A stretch of 64,000 nucleotides of DNA from Octopus vulgaris. Lineage: Eukaryota. Location: contig OX597827.1 in assembly GCA_951406725.2 (NCBI GenBank), positions 45,942,001-46,006,000 on the forward strand, read 5' to 3'. Of the stretch, positions 39,030-53,864 are shown one piece after another. How positions within the stretch are numbered: position 1 is the first letter of the stretch; each line of letters starts with the position of its first letter. The notes under the pieces were generated by a model. That model saw only the letters and a program-made list of their open reading frames with translations. It had not been told where the DNA came from and ran no database searches. The position numbers and the translations under genes were made by a program.

Positions 39030-39480
39030 CTTGTGAAGACCTGTTGAGGCAAGTGAAAATCGAATCGATCAACATCAATGGAAATTGCAGCTAATACCAG
39101 TGCCGGTGGTACGTAAGAGAACCATCAGAACGTGGCCATTGCCAGCGCCGCCCTGACTGGCCTCGTGCCGGTGGCACATAAAAAGCACCATCCGATCATG
39201 GCCATTGTCAGCCTCACCTGGCCCCCGTGCTGGTGGCACATAAAAAGCACCATCCGATCATGGCCGTATGCCAGCCTTGCCTGGCACCTGTGCCAGTGGC
39301 ACGTAAAAAGCACCCACTACACTCACGGAGTGGTTGGCGTTAGGAAGGGCATCCAGCCGTAGAAACATTGCCAGATCAGACTGGGCCTGGTGCAGCCTTC
39401 TGACTTCCCAGACCCTAGTTGAACCGTCCAACCCATGCTAGCATGGAAAGCGGACGCATGATGATGATGATGATGATGAT
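39030..39480 (+). mobile_element. SINE-like family C, long copy with about three internal units
   Basis: Repeated gtggcacataaaaagcaccatccgatcatggcc units, then ggaagggcatccagccgtagaaac and (gat)n. Confidence 0.8.
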
Positions 39481-39879
39481 ACTAACTAACTATATTTTTA
39501 GACTACCAACTTCATCTGCAGAGCAATAATGGCTATGAGGCTAAGGTACTGTGCTACTGATAACATAGCCACATGTTCAAGCCTCACTATAGGCAGTGTG
39601 TTATTTCCATGAGAAAGCAAGTGCACATCGCTGTTTTCTGTGTTCAGTTCTTTTTTGGCTAGACAATAAAATGCATTTCCACTCCTACTTCTCGCTCAGG
39701 TTGATCTGTTAGTGACAAGTAAAAACATCTGGCTGTAAAAACAAAGACTCTAGCGCTAGATCATGTCTTGAAATTTGCAACAACAAGTGAATGCGAAAGA
39801 ATAAAAGTAATAAATAGGATTAGTCGTGAAACATCTGCACCTCGAAGATCTTTCAACATAAGTTAATTTCAACAAAAAA

Positions 39880-40205
39880 CTAATACATGCATATATATCT
39901 ACACACATACATTATATATATATATATATACATATATATACACATATACATACATATATATACATACATACATACATCATATATATATATATACATACAT
40001 ACATATATACATACATACATATATACATACATACATACATATATACATACATACATATATACATACATACATATATACATACATACATACATATATACAT
40101 ACATATATACATATATACATACATACATACATATATACATACATACACATACATACATACATATATATATACATACATACATATATATATACATACATAC
40201 ATACA

Positions 40206-40239
<34 letters not shown>

Positions 40240-40896
40240 CATACATACATACATATATATATATATACATACATACATACATATATACATACATACATAC
40301 ATACATATATACATACATACATACATATATATATATATACATACATACATACATACATATATATACATACATACATACATACATATATATATATATATAC
40401 ATACATACATAATATATATATACATACATACATAATATATATATACATACATACATAATATATATATACATACATACATAATATATATATACATACATAC
40501 ATAATATATATATACATACATACATAATATATATATACATACATACATAATATATATATACATACATACATAATATATATATACATACATACATAATATA
40601 TATATACATACATACATAATATATATATACATACATACATAATATATATATACATACATACATACATAATATATATATACATACATACATACATAATATA
40701 TATATACATACATACATACATAATATATATATACATACATACATACATAATATATATATACATACATACATACATAATATATATATACATACATACATAC
40801 ATAATATATATATACATACATACATACATAATATATATATACATACATACATACATAATATATATATACATACATACATACATAATATATATATAC

Positions 40897-40961
<65 letters not shown>

Positions 40962-41100
40962 CATACATACATAGATATACATACATACATACATACATAT
41001 ATATATACATACATACATACATATATATATGTATGTATAGATTTTACACACACACATATATACATATGTGTGTGTGTAATATATTTAGGTATGTGTATGT
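39880..41100. repeat. Compound (TACA)n/(TA)n microsatellite of about 1.2 kb with 23- and 27-nt higher-order units
   Basis: Directly visible; source of the 380-407 aa YVCM-type spurious ORFs. Confidence 0.95.
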
Positions 41101-41837
41101 ATGTATTAAGATTTGTTTTAACAAAACACATCAGCAGTTTTGAAATGCTATAAATCTCAATTGTTTTTAACAACAGCTGTATACTGTTTTCTCTAGACAA
41201 TATAAGCCAATGAAGTTGTCGTCATTTAACCCCGGGTTCCATTTTGATCGATTGGAACTACAACCAAAGTAATTCCAGCTGTGACTGCCCCAGCTTCCTA
41301 TGTCCAATCGCCACCAACAACAACAACATCATCAGTGGTTTACATCCACTTTCCATACTGGCATGGGTTAGATGATTTTTTCCAGAGTATTGTTTTACTG
41401 CCACATGTCCTGCTTGTCATCAGCCCTTTCAATTGACTCTTACAACACGTAGGAATATGGTACACCTATTATAAAACTATGATACAAATAGTAAACTACA
41501 ATACTGAAGTGTTCCTTTTTCTTTTAAAACAAAAAAAAAAGCAAGTATGATTTGAGGGAGAAGTAGACCCTATTGCTAGTAAGTGTGAGTGACGACATAG
41601 AGGTCCCCCATTGGTTCTCTATATAATTTACTGACACACCTACTCAAAACGTGATCCTCAGGGAGGTTACATCTCACCTTCTCCTACAGCCAGTCTGCTT
41701 ACATTTTGCTTTAGTTTAGTTTTATTTCTTTTCTTTGCCAATGTATTTCCTCTCCATATGTCTAATGTTTGCTGATGAGCTCAGTTATTTGACTCATTTA
41801 TAATTATTATCATCATCCTCATTAATATTATTATTAT

Positions 41838-42206
41838 TATTATTTCCACCTTAGCAAAGGTGGAGGTATTGTTTTCAGTCGTGTTTGTTTGTTTGTCCAT
41901 GGACAAGATATTTCAAGAACCAATGAATGGATTCAGATGAAACGTTCGGGGATGTTTGGCCTCACAACTGGCACAAATTGATTAGATTTTGGGATCGATC
42001 CGGTACCGGACAAAGATTCTGGATTATTTTTCCTGTTTTATTTTTACTTAATTTTTGAGAGCGGTCAGGTTCATTTTTAGAATTCTCATTTGTGAGAGCA
42101 GTCGAGTTTATTTCAGATATTGTAATTTTAATAATCATAAATAATGGCTAATCATTGAAAGGACATTGGTGTTGCCTTGGTAGAGGTTTGCGCGCTCTAA
42201 GTGCTA
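41838..42206 (+). mobile_element. Helentron-associated non-autonomous element (HINE-like)
   Basis: 5' palindrome tccacctt-agca-aaggtgga, then ggtattgttttc and (gttt)n; 3' sub-terminal ccttggtagaggt plus short hairpin gcgctctaagtgc; T-rich target. Confidence 0.7.
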
Positions 42207-43107
42207 TTATTATTATTATTATTATTATAATTCTGCCGAGGTTGACTTTACCTTTCATCCCTTTGGGGGCAATAAATTAAGTACCAGTTGAGTACTGGGA
42301 TTGATGTAATCGACTATCCCCCTCCCCTAAATTTAAGGCCTTCTGCCTAAAATAGAAAGGATTATTATTATTATTATTGTGGTAGTGAGCTGGAAGAATT
42401 GTTAGCATACAGCATTTTCTTCATCTTCACATTCTGAGTTCAAATTCTGCCAAGGTGGTCAACTTTGCCTTTTATCCTTTTGGGGTATATAAAATAAGTA
42501 GCAATCAAGCACTGGGGTGTCAGTGTAATTGATTTACCCCTCCTCCGAAATTGCTGGCCTTATACCGAAATTTGAAACTGTTATCATTGGCAAAATCATT
42601 AGCATGGTAACAAGAAGGGCATCTGTCTATAGAAAACTGACCTCAATGAATTCTGTTTGATCCATACAAGCAACGCGCAAAATTGATGTTGATGACGACA
42701 ACGATGATGATGATTTCTACAAGGAGTTCTGGGAATGGTATTTGTATGCAATATATTGATGATGTAATACTTCATAGGAATTTTTATTTCATATCTCTTC
42801 CAATTTCCAACTGATTAAGACAGACACATAGCTTTAACCAATGAATAATAAACACATTTGAAACAACACACTGAAGCACACAGCTGAACCAAAGAACAAC
42901 ACGTGCACACACGCACGCACACACACACACACACACACAGAGTTTTAGCCAGCAGACAATACTTGCAACATTATCCATTTCATTACCATAATTTTGTTGA
43001 AATACACTGCCTTTGTTTCAGTTAATTTTAGCTTGTATTCTAGAACTAGGAGTGGTTTTGGGTGAGTTGATATCAAAAGGGTTAAGCAACTGATGAACAC
43101 ATTGCTA

Positions 43108-43543
43108 TAACCAACAGACAGGACACAAAGCTTTAACAAGGAAACAGGACATACTATCCAATGAAGGAACTAAAAAAACAAATTAGTCAGCTGATTAGAA
43201 AAATCAGTCATATCATTTTCTAATCACATTCAGGCATCCCGAAAAAGATAGGGGTCACATTTGACAATGAAGTCTTAGATACCAAAAAGATATAGAAAAG
43301 CAAGGAAAGGTCACATCTAGGAATCTAACCAACAGACAGGACACAAAGCTTTAACAAGGAAACAGGACATACTATCCAGTGAAGGAACTAAAAAAACAAA
43401 TTAGTCAGCTGATTAGAAAAATCAGTCATATCATTTTTTAATCACATTCAGACACCCCGAAAAAGATAGGGGTCACATTTGACAATGAAGTCTTAGATAC
43501 CAAAAGGATATAGAAAAGTATGGAAAGGTTACATCTAGGAATC
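43108..43543. repeat. Tandem duplication of 218 bp
   Basis: 43108-43325 is repeated at 43326-43543 with a few substitutions. Confidence 0.95.
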
Positions 43544-44806
43544 TATTGAATTATGGAAGTGACTTGGGAGTTAAATAACAACACAGGATTATGGCTAACA
43601 AATAACACAATGAACAAGACACAAAAGCTTGATCCTTTTGATTCCAATTTAGCTGACCACCATGAATCTCTGATACAAACTATCTCCTTTTAAATTAAAA
43701 CCTTCCATCAAACTTTGACATTGATTTATGCTCTGAACACCAGCTTAATAACAACAAAGTTATTGTAATAAATTCTTCGTTGTTTTCAAAATTAATTGGA
43801 ACAAAAGGCAGAGTGTTTCAACACAAATACAATAATGAAAGAGCTAACAGATATGATACATTTATACAAGACAGATCGCAAAATGGCGGAAGAAGAAGTG
43901 AGACAAAGAACGCCATAACAGTAAACTAGATTATGAACAACTATTGTTCATCTGGAGCCAAAGAGAGAGCCTCTACACTGTTGCTCAACAAGCAAGAAGT
44001 AGTAACCAAATTTCCCTCAAAATTCATCCTACCATCTTAGAAATGGCTGAATCTAAGATGCAAGTGAAACTTTTTCCCAAAACATGACAGACTTGAAAAA
44101 TCACATGACAGCTTTTTTTAATTTTTGATGCGGAAACCAATGTTATTGGAAATTCGACACATTAATATAATCACCATGGCCACAATCAGATTGATCAATT
44201 GATTGAGTGACTGACTGACTGACAGAGTAGGTGACTGATTAAGTAATTCATTGATTGAGGTGGCTAAGTAAGGTAAAACGGTTATAGGCATTGCTTAACA
44301 ACAGGTCATCCTTGATTTAGCAGCTTTATGATCAAAACTATTCCAGTCAATAAACCCTTTTCAGAGATATCATCAACATCATCATCATCACCATTATTTA
44401 AGGCCCATTTTCCATGCTGGCATGAGTTGGACAGTTTGAGAGGAACTGGCAAACCGGAATACGGTGCCAAGCTCTAACATTTGCTTCAGCATGGTTTCTA
44501 CACTTTGTAGAATGCACCAGATGCTTTTTACATGTCACCAGCACCAGTGAGGCCACTAAATAACCTGCAGGACAAAGATCCCTCAACTGAATGGAGAAAG
44601 TATCTGGGACTATATTATCTAATATGGCCTTTACTTATTCAGACCACTTGATACTAACCCTCCTGGACCCAGCTAGAGTACAGAGCATTTGTTTTAAAGT
44701 GATCTAACTTAAAATCTTCCATCAAAATTGCCTGTTAATTTAGGTTCCAAACACCAGCTTAAAATAACAAAATCATTTGGATTAATTCTTCACTATTTTC
44801 AAAATT

Positions 44807-45127
44807 GTGGAGGCACAATGGCCCAGTGGTTAGGGCAGCAGACTCGCGGTCGTAAGATCATGGTTTTGATTCCCAGACTGGGCACTGTGTGTGTTTATTG
44901 AGCGAAAACACCTAAAAGCTCCACGAGGCTCCGGCAGGGAGTGGTGGCAACCCCTGTTGTACTCTTTCGCCACAACTTTCTCTCACTTTCTCTTCCTGTT
45001 TCTTGAGTAACACTGCGATGGACTGGCATCTCGTCCAGCTGGGGGGGGGGGGACACATATGCCACGGAAACTGGGAAACCAGGCCCGTGAGCTTGGCTAG
45101 GCTTGAAAAGGGCGTAAAGAGAAAGAG
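44807..45127 (+). mobile_element. SINE family D variant with 12-bp TSD, inserted in a degenerate piggyBac-type MITE
   Basis: Head gtggaggcacaatggcccagtggttagggcagcagactcgcggtcg (tRNA-like); TSD attttcaaaatt at 44795-44806 and 45128-45139. Confidence 0.85.
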
Positions 45128-45738
45128 ATTTTCAAAATTATTTGAAAGAAAGGTAGTGTATTTCAACAGAAATATGACAACAAAACGGTTAAGACACCAG
45201 GGTGTGATGAGAGGAAGATTTGGCTTTTTTTTCAGCAGGTCAAGCCACAACATACACACATAGCAGATCACTTGTTGGTTCATGAGGTAAGTAGTTACTT
45301 GAATGGCTTTACAAATAGGCAGATAAGTGGATGGCTGGATGGACAAATGGAGAGATGGATGAACAGACTAATGGTTGAGCATCACATCCTATCTAAAAGT
45401 GTTCACAAGAATTTACTATCATTCAAAATGTCTGCAACCTTGACACAAACCTAAAAGGAGAATATACTACAAATCGTTACACAACATCAATACTAGTAGA
45501 CATCCTGTAAAGATAAGAATGGCAACAGCCAGCATCACCAGATGGATATCATGGCTAACATCAGTGTGATAACTAATAATAATAATAATAATAATAAATG
45601 AATAAATAAAAGCAATAATAAAAAGTTCTTATTATTATTGGTGTGGTTGCTATTGATAAGCACATTAGGATTTAGCACTTTTGATACTGCGAACGAATGA
45701 GGCATCTCTTTATGAGCATGTGTGGATATGTTCAAATA

Positions 45739-45739
<1 letters not shown>

Positions 45740-45785
<46 letters not shown>

Positions 45786-46270
45786 CATATATATATATAG
45801 ATATATATAAATATACATACATATTTATACATATACATAAATATACATACATATTTATACATATACATATATATAAATATACATACATATTTATACATAT
45901 ACATATATATAAATATACATACATATTAATACATATATATGTATATATATATATATATTTATACATATAAATACATATTTATACATACATATATATATAC
46001 ATATTTATACATACATATATATACATATTTATACATACATATATATACATATTTATACATACATATATATACATATTTATACATACATATATATACATAT
46101 TTATACATATATATATATATATATATAAATAAATACATATTTATACATATACATATAAAATATGCATATATAAATACATAATCATACATATACATAAATA
46201 TGCATACATACATACATACATATAAACATACATACATACACTTGTATGTAGACAAACACACACACATAAA
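45740..46270. repeat. Compound TA/TACA microsatellite-minisatellite
   Basis: Directly visible units such as atatttatacatacatatatatac. Confidence 0.9.
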
Positions 46271-46744
46271 CAGACATAAGTTGAAGGGTAAGTAAAGTAC
46301 TAAGAGTTTGATCTCAGTGTTTATACCAACAAGTTGAACTATATTTCTGGAACTTTCTTGTATCTATGGCAACAGGTAGTCAAGTAGGCGGGGAAGCTGT
46401 CAATATACTCACAACAGCAATTGCAGACCATCCTCATTCCCCAAATATTCGGAGCAGCCATTCAAAAAGAGGGTGATGGTTAGCAGAATCAACAGAGCAT
46501 TGAATAGAATGAATTGCGGCTTTTACTTAGATCCCTTCATGTTCCAGGTTCAAACCCTGCCCAAGCTGATTTTTCTTTCTAGCCCTTAGACATTGATAAA
46601 ATAAAAAGTAATCTATAAGTAGAAATGTCAATACAATCAACTACACTTTTGAAGCCAGTGCCCCAGCATGGCCACAGTCCAATGACTGACACAGATAAAG
46701 ATACAAGAGATAACTAATTACAGTCAAACACTTTTATATCATAT

Positions 46745-47260
46745 CCTTTACTTGTTTCATTCATCAGGCTGTGGTCATGCTGGAGCACCCCCGGTACTTA
46801 TTTTACTCTATCAATCGCTTTCGCTGAATCGCTAAGTGTTTGGGATGTAAACACACAAACACAGGTTGTCAGGCAGTGAGGTGGGGCAACAAACACAACA
46901 CATAAATATATACATATACACACACACACATAAATACATACACACACACACATACACACATAAATATATACATACACACACACACATAAATATATACATA
47001 TACACACACACATATATATACACACACATACACACACATAAATATATACATATGCACACACACATATATATACACACACATACACAAAGGCATATATACA
47101 ACTGGCTTCTTTCAGTTTCCATCAACCAAATCCACTCACAAGTCTTTGGTTGGCCCAAGGCTATAGTAGAAGACATTTGCTCAAGGTGCCGTGCTATGGG
47201 ACTGAACCCAGAACCATGTGGTTGGGAAGCAAGCTTCTTACCACACAGCCAAACCTGTGC
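46745..47260 (-). mobile_element. SINE family A with expanded internal microsatellite
   Basis: Family A flanks surround about 210 bp of CA/TA repeats. Confidence 0.8.
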
Positions 47261-49390
47261 CAATTTATTAATATTTCATAATGACATTACATAATACTAG
47301 GTTCAAAGACTTTCACCATACGTCTACAATACGGTTACTGATTTTCTGCTTAATCACTAACCGAATCATAGAGGTAGGAAGAAAAACCTTTGATACTTAA
47401 CAACACGTATTCTTATAATTATAATAAAGCCGAGTGAAATATAACGATGTCTGAGTGATTTTTAATGGCCATGGTGACTCCAGCCTACCAGTTCTTCTAA
47501 TCTCAGTATGTGACCTCAGATCAAATCAACTATCAAAACAGTACAACTCAAGTAGGCATATATGTGTGTGTGCATACATATATGTACCCACACACACATA
47601 TGTGCATGCACACACACATATATTCATACATACACACACACACATGTGCATGCACACACACATGTACATACTTACACACACACATATTCATACATACACT
47701 CACATACACATGTGCATGCACACACACACACATACACATGTGCATGCACGCACACATGTACATACATACACACACACATACACATATGTGCATGTACACA
47801 CACAAATACACATGTGCATGCACACACAGACACATGAACATACATACATACACACACACATATATACATACACACACACATATATATACATACACACATA
47901 TACATACACACACATACATACATACACACACACAAACACCCACACACAAAAACATCATACCCTATCTATATGTGTGTGTGTGTCATTAAACCTTTAGCAT
48001 TCCAGTTACTCTGTGAAGTGTAAAACGTTTATGTATTCACATTGTTTTGGATTAATCAAGCATTATCTTGTAGTGTAGGTGTGAGAGGCTGGATCTGGCA
48101 AGTCTAAACACAAAACAGAGAAAAAGTGGGCCAGGTAAGGCCAATTTAAATGCCAGAGGTTTAAGAGGCTTGTTTCGCGACTCTGTGGTTTTGGATTCAG
48201 TCCCCCTGGATGGCACCTGTCAAGTGCCTGCCAGTAAAGCCCTGGGCCAACCATAGACCTGTGAGTGGATTTAATGAGAGTGATTCTACCTGAGAATCAC
48301 ATTAAAGGTAGGCATGTGAGTGTGGAATGTTCAGCCATGTACATGCCACATGTAGATGCAATGAGCAAATTATTCACATGATTGGGCAGCTGGATCCTCA
48401 TCAATAAAACCAATAAAGAACCATTTACAACATTATATATATGTATATATATATTGCTTGGACATAGCAATACTAATAACAGGCATACATACACATGTAT
48501 GTATGTAAGTTTTATGTACATGCATGAGTGTTTGCATGTAGGCACACACAAACCTATATGGTAATCTCAGGTTTCGTTGCTTAAGTAGAAGTGTTAATCT
48601 AGGCGAAAGCTAAAATTCAAATTCTAAATAATCATCGCAGCCATTTCCCAAGTCATGGAGAGGTTTTATGGATATACCACAGGATACTGATTTCAGAAAA
48701 TTGAAATTGGACAGCTAAATGTATGAGCGTACATGCACACACACACACACATACATACATACATACATACATACGTATACACACAGACACACATGTACAT
48801 ATATATTATACACGTCAATAAGAGTCTTGGTATATCATTATACCATCAAGAATATTTTGCGTCGGGAAGGGGAGATTGGCAGGGGATAGTGTCGATCATC
48901 TGGACAGACCGTGGTGGAATGCCTTCAGGCAAGCGGCCACATAACAGATATTTATTACCAATATTGTAATGGCTTTTTGGTAAATGCTCCTCTTAATGTA
49001 TCTAGTAGTGACAGCCTGTGCATATATGGCATGTATAGTAGAGGATTTTGCCGCTCCACATAAACAAGAGATTGCCAATAAGACAAGAGACAGTTGGAGG
49101 GAGAGAATGGGGAGAGGGAAGAGTGGGGAGAGTGAAGAGGGGGAAGAGAAGAGAAAAACAGAGATAAGTAGGAGGGAGAGAGAGAAGGGGGTAAACTAAG
49201 TCTAAGCAAAACCTAATTATTCAATCAGGCAGACTAAAGTAACTAGAATTGTGTGCCTTACCCAGGGGGTGTATACAATGCTGTGATGGTAGTCATGGTA
49301 GGATGTGAAAATGTGACAATATGTGATACAGCAGTGCAGTAACATTGCACCATTTTCTCTTATGCTATTATTATTGTTGTTGTTGTTGTT

Positions 49391-52187
49391 AAGATAGTAA
49401 GCTGGCAGAATCATTAGCACGCCGGGTGAAATACTTGGCGGTACTTCGTCTGCCGCTACATTCTGAGTTCAAATTCTGCTGAGGTCAACTTTGCCTTTCA
49501 TCCTTTCGGCATCAATAAATTAAGTACCAGTCAAGTATTGAGAGCGGGGGTGGGGCGATGTAATCAACAAGTCCCCTCCCCCAAAATTCCAGGTCTTGTG
49601 CCTTTAATAGAAAGGATTATTATTGTAGTTGTTGTTGTTGTTAAGGTGGTGAGCTGACAGAATTTTCAGCATGCTGTGCAAAATGCTTAGCAGAATTTCA
49701 ACCATCTTTATGTTCTGAATTCAAATTCCACTGAGGTTGACTTTGCCTTTCAACTTTTAGGGTTGGTAAAATAAGTACCAGTGGGCACTGGGGTTGATGT
49801 AACTGACTAACCACTTCCCCAAAACTTTTAGGCCTTGTGCCTTTAATAGAAAAGATGATTATTATTATTATTATCAAGGTGGCGAGCTAGCAGAATCGTT
49901 AGACTTCCAGACAAAATGTTTAGCAGAATTTTGTCTTTTATATTCTGAGTTCAAATCCAACCAAGGTTGACTTCGCCTTTCATCCCCTCAAGGTTGATAA
50001 AATAAGTACCAGTAATCGACTAGACCCCTCTACCAAAATTTCAGGCCTTGTGCCTATAATAAAAAGAACTATAATTATTATTATTATTATTATCATTATT
50101 ATTATTGTTGTTAAGTGAGGAGGTGGTAGAGTCATTAGAGTGTCGGACAAAATGCTTAGAGACTTTTCAGCTGATTCCTACATTTTGTGTTCAAATCCTG
50201 CAGGGGTTGACACTGTCCATTTACCCTTTCAGGAGCAAAAGAATGAAGCATCAGTCAAAATACTAAGGGCAATAATATAAACAAAATCCATCCTTTCAAC
50301 ATTGCTGGCCTTGTGCCAAAATTTGAAACCATTATTATTTATTATTAATAAGGCAGTAAGCTAGCAGAATCATTAAATGCAATGGGACAAAAGTACTTAA
50401 AGACATTTCTTCCAGTTCCTTACATTCAGAGTTCAAATCCCACTTAGGTCAACTCTGCCTTTCATCCTTTCAGGGTCAATAAAATAAAGTACTGGGGTCA
50501 ATGTAATCAACTAACATCCCCTCCCTCTAAAATTGCTGGCCTTGTGCCAAATTTAAAACCTTTATTATTATTATAATTGAAGGTGGTGAGCTGGTAGAAT
50601 CATTAGCATGCCAGGCGAAATGCTTAGCGGTATTCTGTCTTTACGTTCTGAGTTCAAATTCCACCGAGGTCGACTTTGCATTTCATCCTTTCGGGGTCAA
50701 TATATTAAGTACCAGTTGTATACTGAGGTCGATCTAATCAACTGGCCCCTCCGCAAAAATTTTGGGCCTTGTGCCTAGAGTAGAAAAAATTATTATTATT
50801 ATTATTATTAAGGCAGTGAGCTGGCAGAATCGTTAGCATGCCAGGCAAAATACTTTGTGGTATTTTGTCTGCTGCTACGTTCTGAGTTCAAGTTCTGCTG
50901 AGGTCAACTTTGCCTTTCATCCTTTTGGGTTTGATGAAATAAGTACCTGTTATGCATTCAGGTCGATATAATCAACTAGCTCCCTTTACCCCAAAATTTT
51001 CACGGCCTTGTGCCTTGAACAGAAATAATAATAATAATAATAATTATTATTATTGTTATTATTATTGTTATTAAGGTGGTGAGCAGACAGAATTGTTAGC
51101 ACACCAGCCAAAATGCTTAGCAGCATATTGACTGTTTTTAAGTTCTGGGTTCAAATTCCATCAAGGTCAGCTTTGCCTTTCATCCTTTCTGGGTTGATAA
51201 AATAAGTACCAACTGAGTACTGGTGTAAATGTAATCGACTTAACCTCTTCCCTAAAGTTGCTGGCCTTGAGCCAAAATTTGAAATTATTATTATTATTAT
51301 TATTTTTATCATTATTATTATTATCATTACTATTATTATGAATGGTTCATGAGTGGTGGAGCAGCAATAAAAGGCAGAAGGGTGGAGAAAGTGGGGAGGA
51401 AAATAAGGCCAAGTAAGTAGAAGAAGTGATTTGCAACAGTTATTTAGATATATCTATGTTCTGAGTTCAAAAGGTGCCAAGGTCGTGTCTGCTTTCATCC
51501 TTCCGGGTTCGATAGAACACGCAAAGAGTCGAGAACAGGAGTTGATTCAATCAACTCGAAACTTTCCTTAGAATTTGTGGCAGTAAGCCAAATCAGAAAC
51601 CACCACCACCACAACCATTATTATTATTATTGTTATTATTATTATTATTATTACTATTATTACTACTACTATTACTGCCACAAAAGCAGTGAGCAGGCAG
51701 AATCATTAGCAAGCTAGACGAAATGTTCAACTGCGTTTTGTTTGCCTCTATGTTCTGAGTTCAAATGCCACCAAGGTCTACTTTGCCTTTCATCCTTTCA
51801 GGGTCAATAAATTAAGTACCAATGAAACACTGGGGTTGATGTAATCAGTCCACCCCCCCCCCACCAAATTTCAGGACTTGTCCTTTCAGTAGAAATTATT
51901 ATTATTATTATTATTATTATTAAGACAATGAGCTGGCAGAATCGTTAGCACGCCAGGCAGAATGCTTAGCAGTATTCCATCTGCCACTGCATTCTGAGTT
52001 CAAATTTCACCGAGGTTGACTTTACCTTTCATCCTTTCGGGGCTAATAAATTAAGTACCAGTCAAACACTGGGGTCGATGTAATCAACTTAATCTCCTCC
52101 CACAAGCTACCCTTGTGGTAAAAAAGAAAATTGGAAATCATTATAATTATTATTAAGGCAGCGAGCTGGCAGAATCGTTAGCACACC
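49391..52187 (+). repeat. Head-to-tail array of about 12 SINE family B copies separated by (ATT)n/(GTT)n
   Basis: Unit starts at about 49391, 49643, 49876, 50113, 50350, 50580, 50810, 51073, 51410 (degenerate), 51683, 51922 and 52155 (truncated). Confidence 0.9.
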
Positions 52188-52189
52188 AA

Positions 52190-52650
52190 ATCACCACTAA
52201 TACTAATATTGATACTACTACCACCACAGTCACTACCATCGCCACTACTACAACTACAATCAGCACTATTATTACTATCACCACCACCACCACTAATATC
52301 ACTACCACCACCATCAGCACTACACTCAAATACCACTACTATTGCTACCACCACCACCGTCACTACCACTATCATCACAACCTATACCACTACCACTGGT
52401 ATAGTGACAACCTTTGCTATTTTTATTAACACCACCACTACTACAACAGTCACAAGTAATACTACAACTACAACTACTAGCACCACAACCACCACCACCA
52501 CCACCAGTACTACCACTAACACAACTACCAATATGACTATTATTACCGCTGTCATCATCATTGTTGTGAATATTGTCACTACCTCCACCACTGCCACCAC
52601 TACAGCTAACACCACCTTCACCACCATCACCAGCATCATAGCTATAAGCC
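52190..52650. repeat. Degenerate (ACC/ACT)n low-complexity tract
   Basis: Trinucleotide repeats giving poly-Thr and poly-Val ORFs. Confidence 0.85.
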
Positions 52651-53864
52651 GCCCTTTGACTGGTTCTGAGATTACTACCAAATTTTTTTTTTGTTGTTTT
52701 GTTTTAGTTTGATTTTTTTTTGTTATTTTGTTTTAAATCTTACTCTCGATGTAGCAACATACTTGAGAAGTATGTTTTATCAGTGACATTTTCTTGACTC
52801 ATCTCCAAAGCAATATGGTAATAACAACAACAACAACAACAACCAAAGGAAAGCAAATACTTCCCCCACCCACGCCACCAATATCATCAACAGTAACAGA
52901 AATCCCAATATCCTCACTAACAGACACACAGTCACTCTCGACCTGCAAGAAAGAGCAGTCAAATCCAACACAAACTTAAATTGTTACTGTCTCAGAAAAG
53001 GATTATGTATTGGATTATGTAGTTTAACGGGGAGAGGAAAGAGGAGGGATGGTCGTGGTTGGAAAGCTTTTGATTAAAGGTTTGATTGGTCAGTGCCAAC
53101 CTTGGTCTAAATGACAACAACGGCTGCAATCCTGAATTACCAATGCCACCAACCACAACAACAACTGAAAAAAACAACAACCACAATCAAAATATTCCTT
53201 TCTACTCTAGGCACAAGGCCCGAAATTTTTGGGGAAGAGGCCCAGTCAACTGGTACTTAATTTATTGACCCCGAAAGGATGAAAAGCAAAGTTGACCTCA
53301 GCGGAATTTGAACTCAGAACGTAAAGCATTTTGCCCAGCATGCTAATGATTCTGCCATCTCGCTACCTTACTACAACCAAAATATTACATATTACTCATG
53401 TACACAACCAGGAACCTCCCTGTTGTTTGACCTGCTGGAAATAATAATAATAATCTTTTCTCGGGTGCACCACAACTTGTCAAAAAGTGCACATAAAGTA
53501 TATGCAGTAATGTACAAATAGCAGACAAATCTTTCTCAAATTAAACCCAACTGACGTAACCTCTTTTTTTTTCTCAATTTCTATGCAAAGACATATTGTT
53601 TAATTATTTATTTTGAATTTGTATATAAAGGAGACTAAGTACACAAATTATTTTGGATCAGTTTATGATTTATTATTATGAAGTTACTGATAGAAAACAG
53701 GAATAACATTATGAATGAAGCATTTGGGGTGACAGATACCTCAGGTGTTAGAAGACATTTGCCAAAGTGCCACACAAGAGAACCAAGTTTAAAACCTCAC
53801 AGCTGTGGCTGTGAAGTGAACTTATGCACTACACTGTCATTTCTGTGTTACATTGATCAGGTCA

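Noticed and set aside
39880-41200. Longest ORFs in the track (380-407 aa)
   Set aside because: Pure translations of TACA/TA microsatellite, open in several frames; no coding signal.
43879-43920. CAAAATGGCGGAAG (YY1/ETS-like motif or Kozak start)
   Set aside because: Isolated motif; the ORF stops after 11 codons and there is no CpG-rich promoter context.
49391-52187. Regularly spaced repeats as a CRISPR-like or tRNA gene array
   Set aside because: Units are SINEs of about 230 bp with microsatellite tails; no unique spacers and no intact cloverleaf.
52178-52712. Mucin-like Thr-rich ORF
   Set aside because: Degenerate trinucleotide tract that begins at a truncated SINE; no splice or start context.
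52855-52960. Minus-strand acceptor ctctttcttgcag followed by an open frame (VESDCVSVSEDIG...)
   Set aside because: Short pyrimidine tract, no good donor, and it runs into a (GTT)n repeat.
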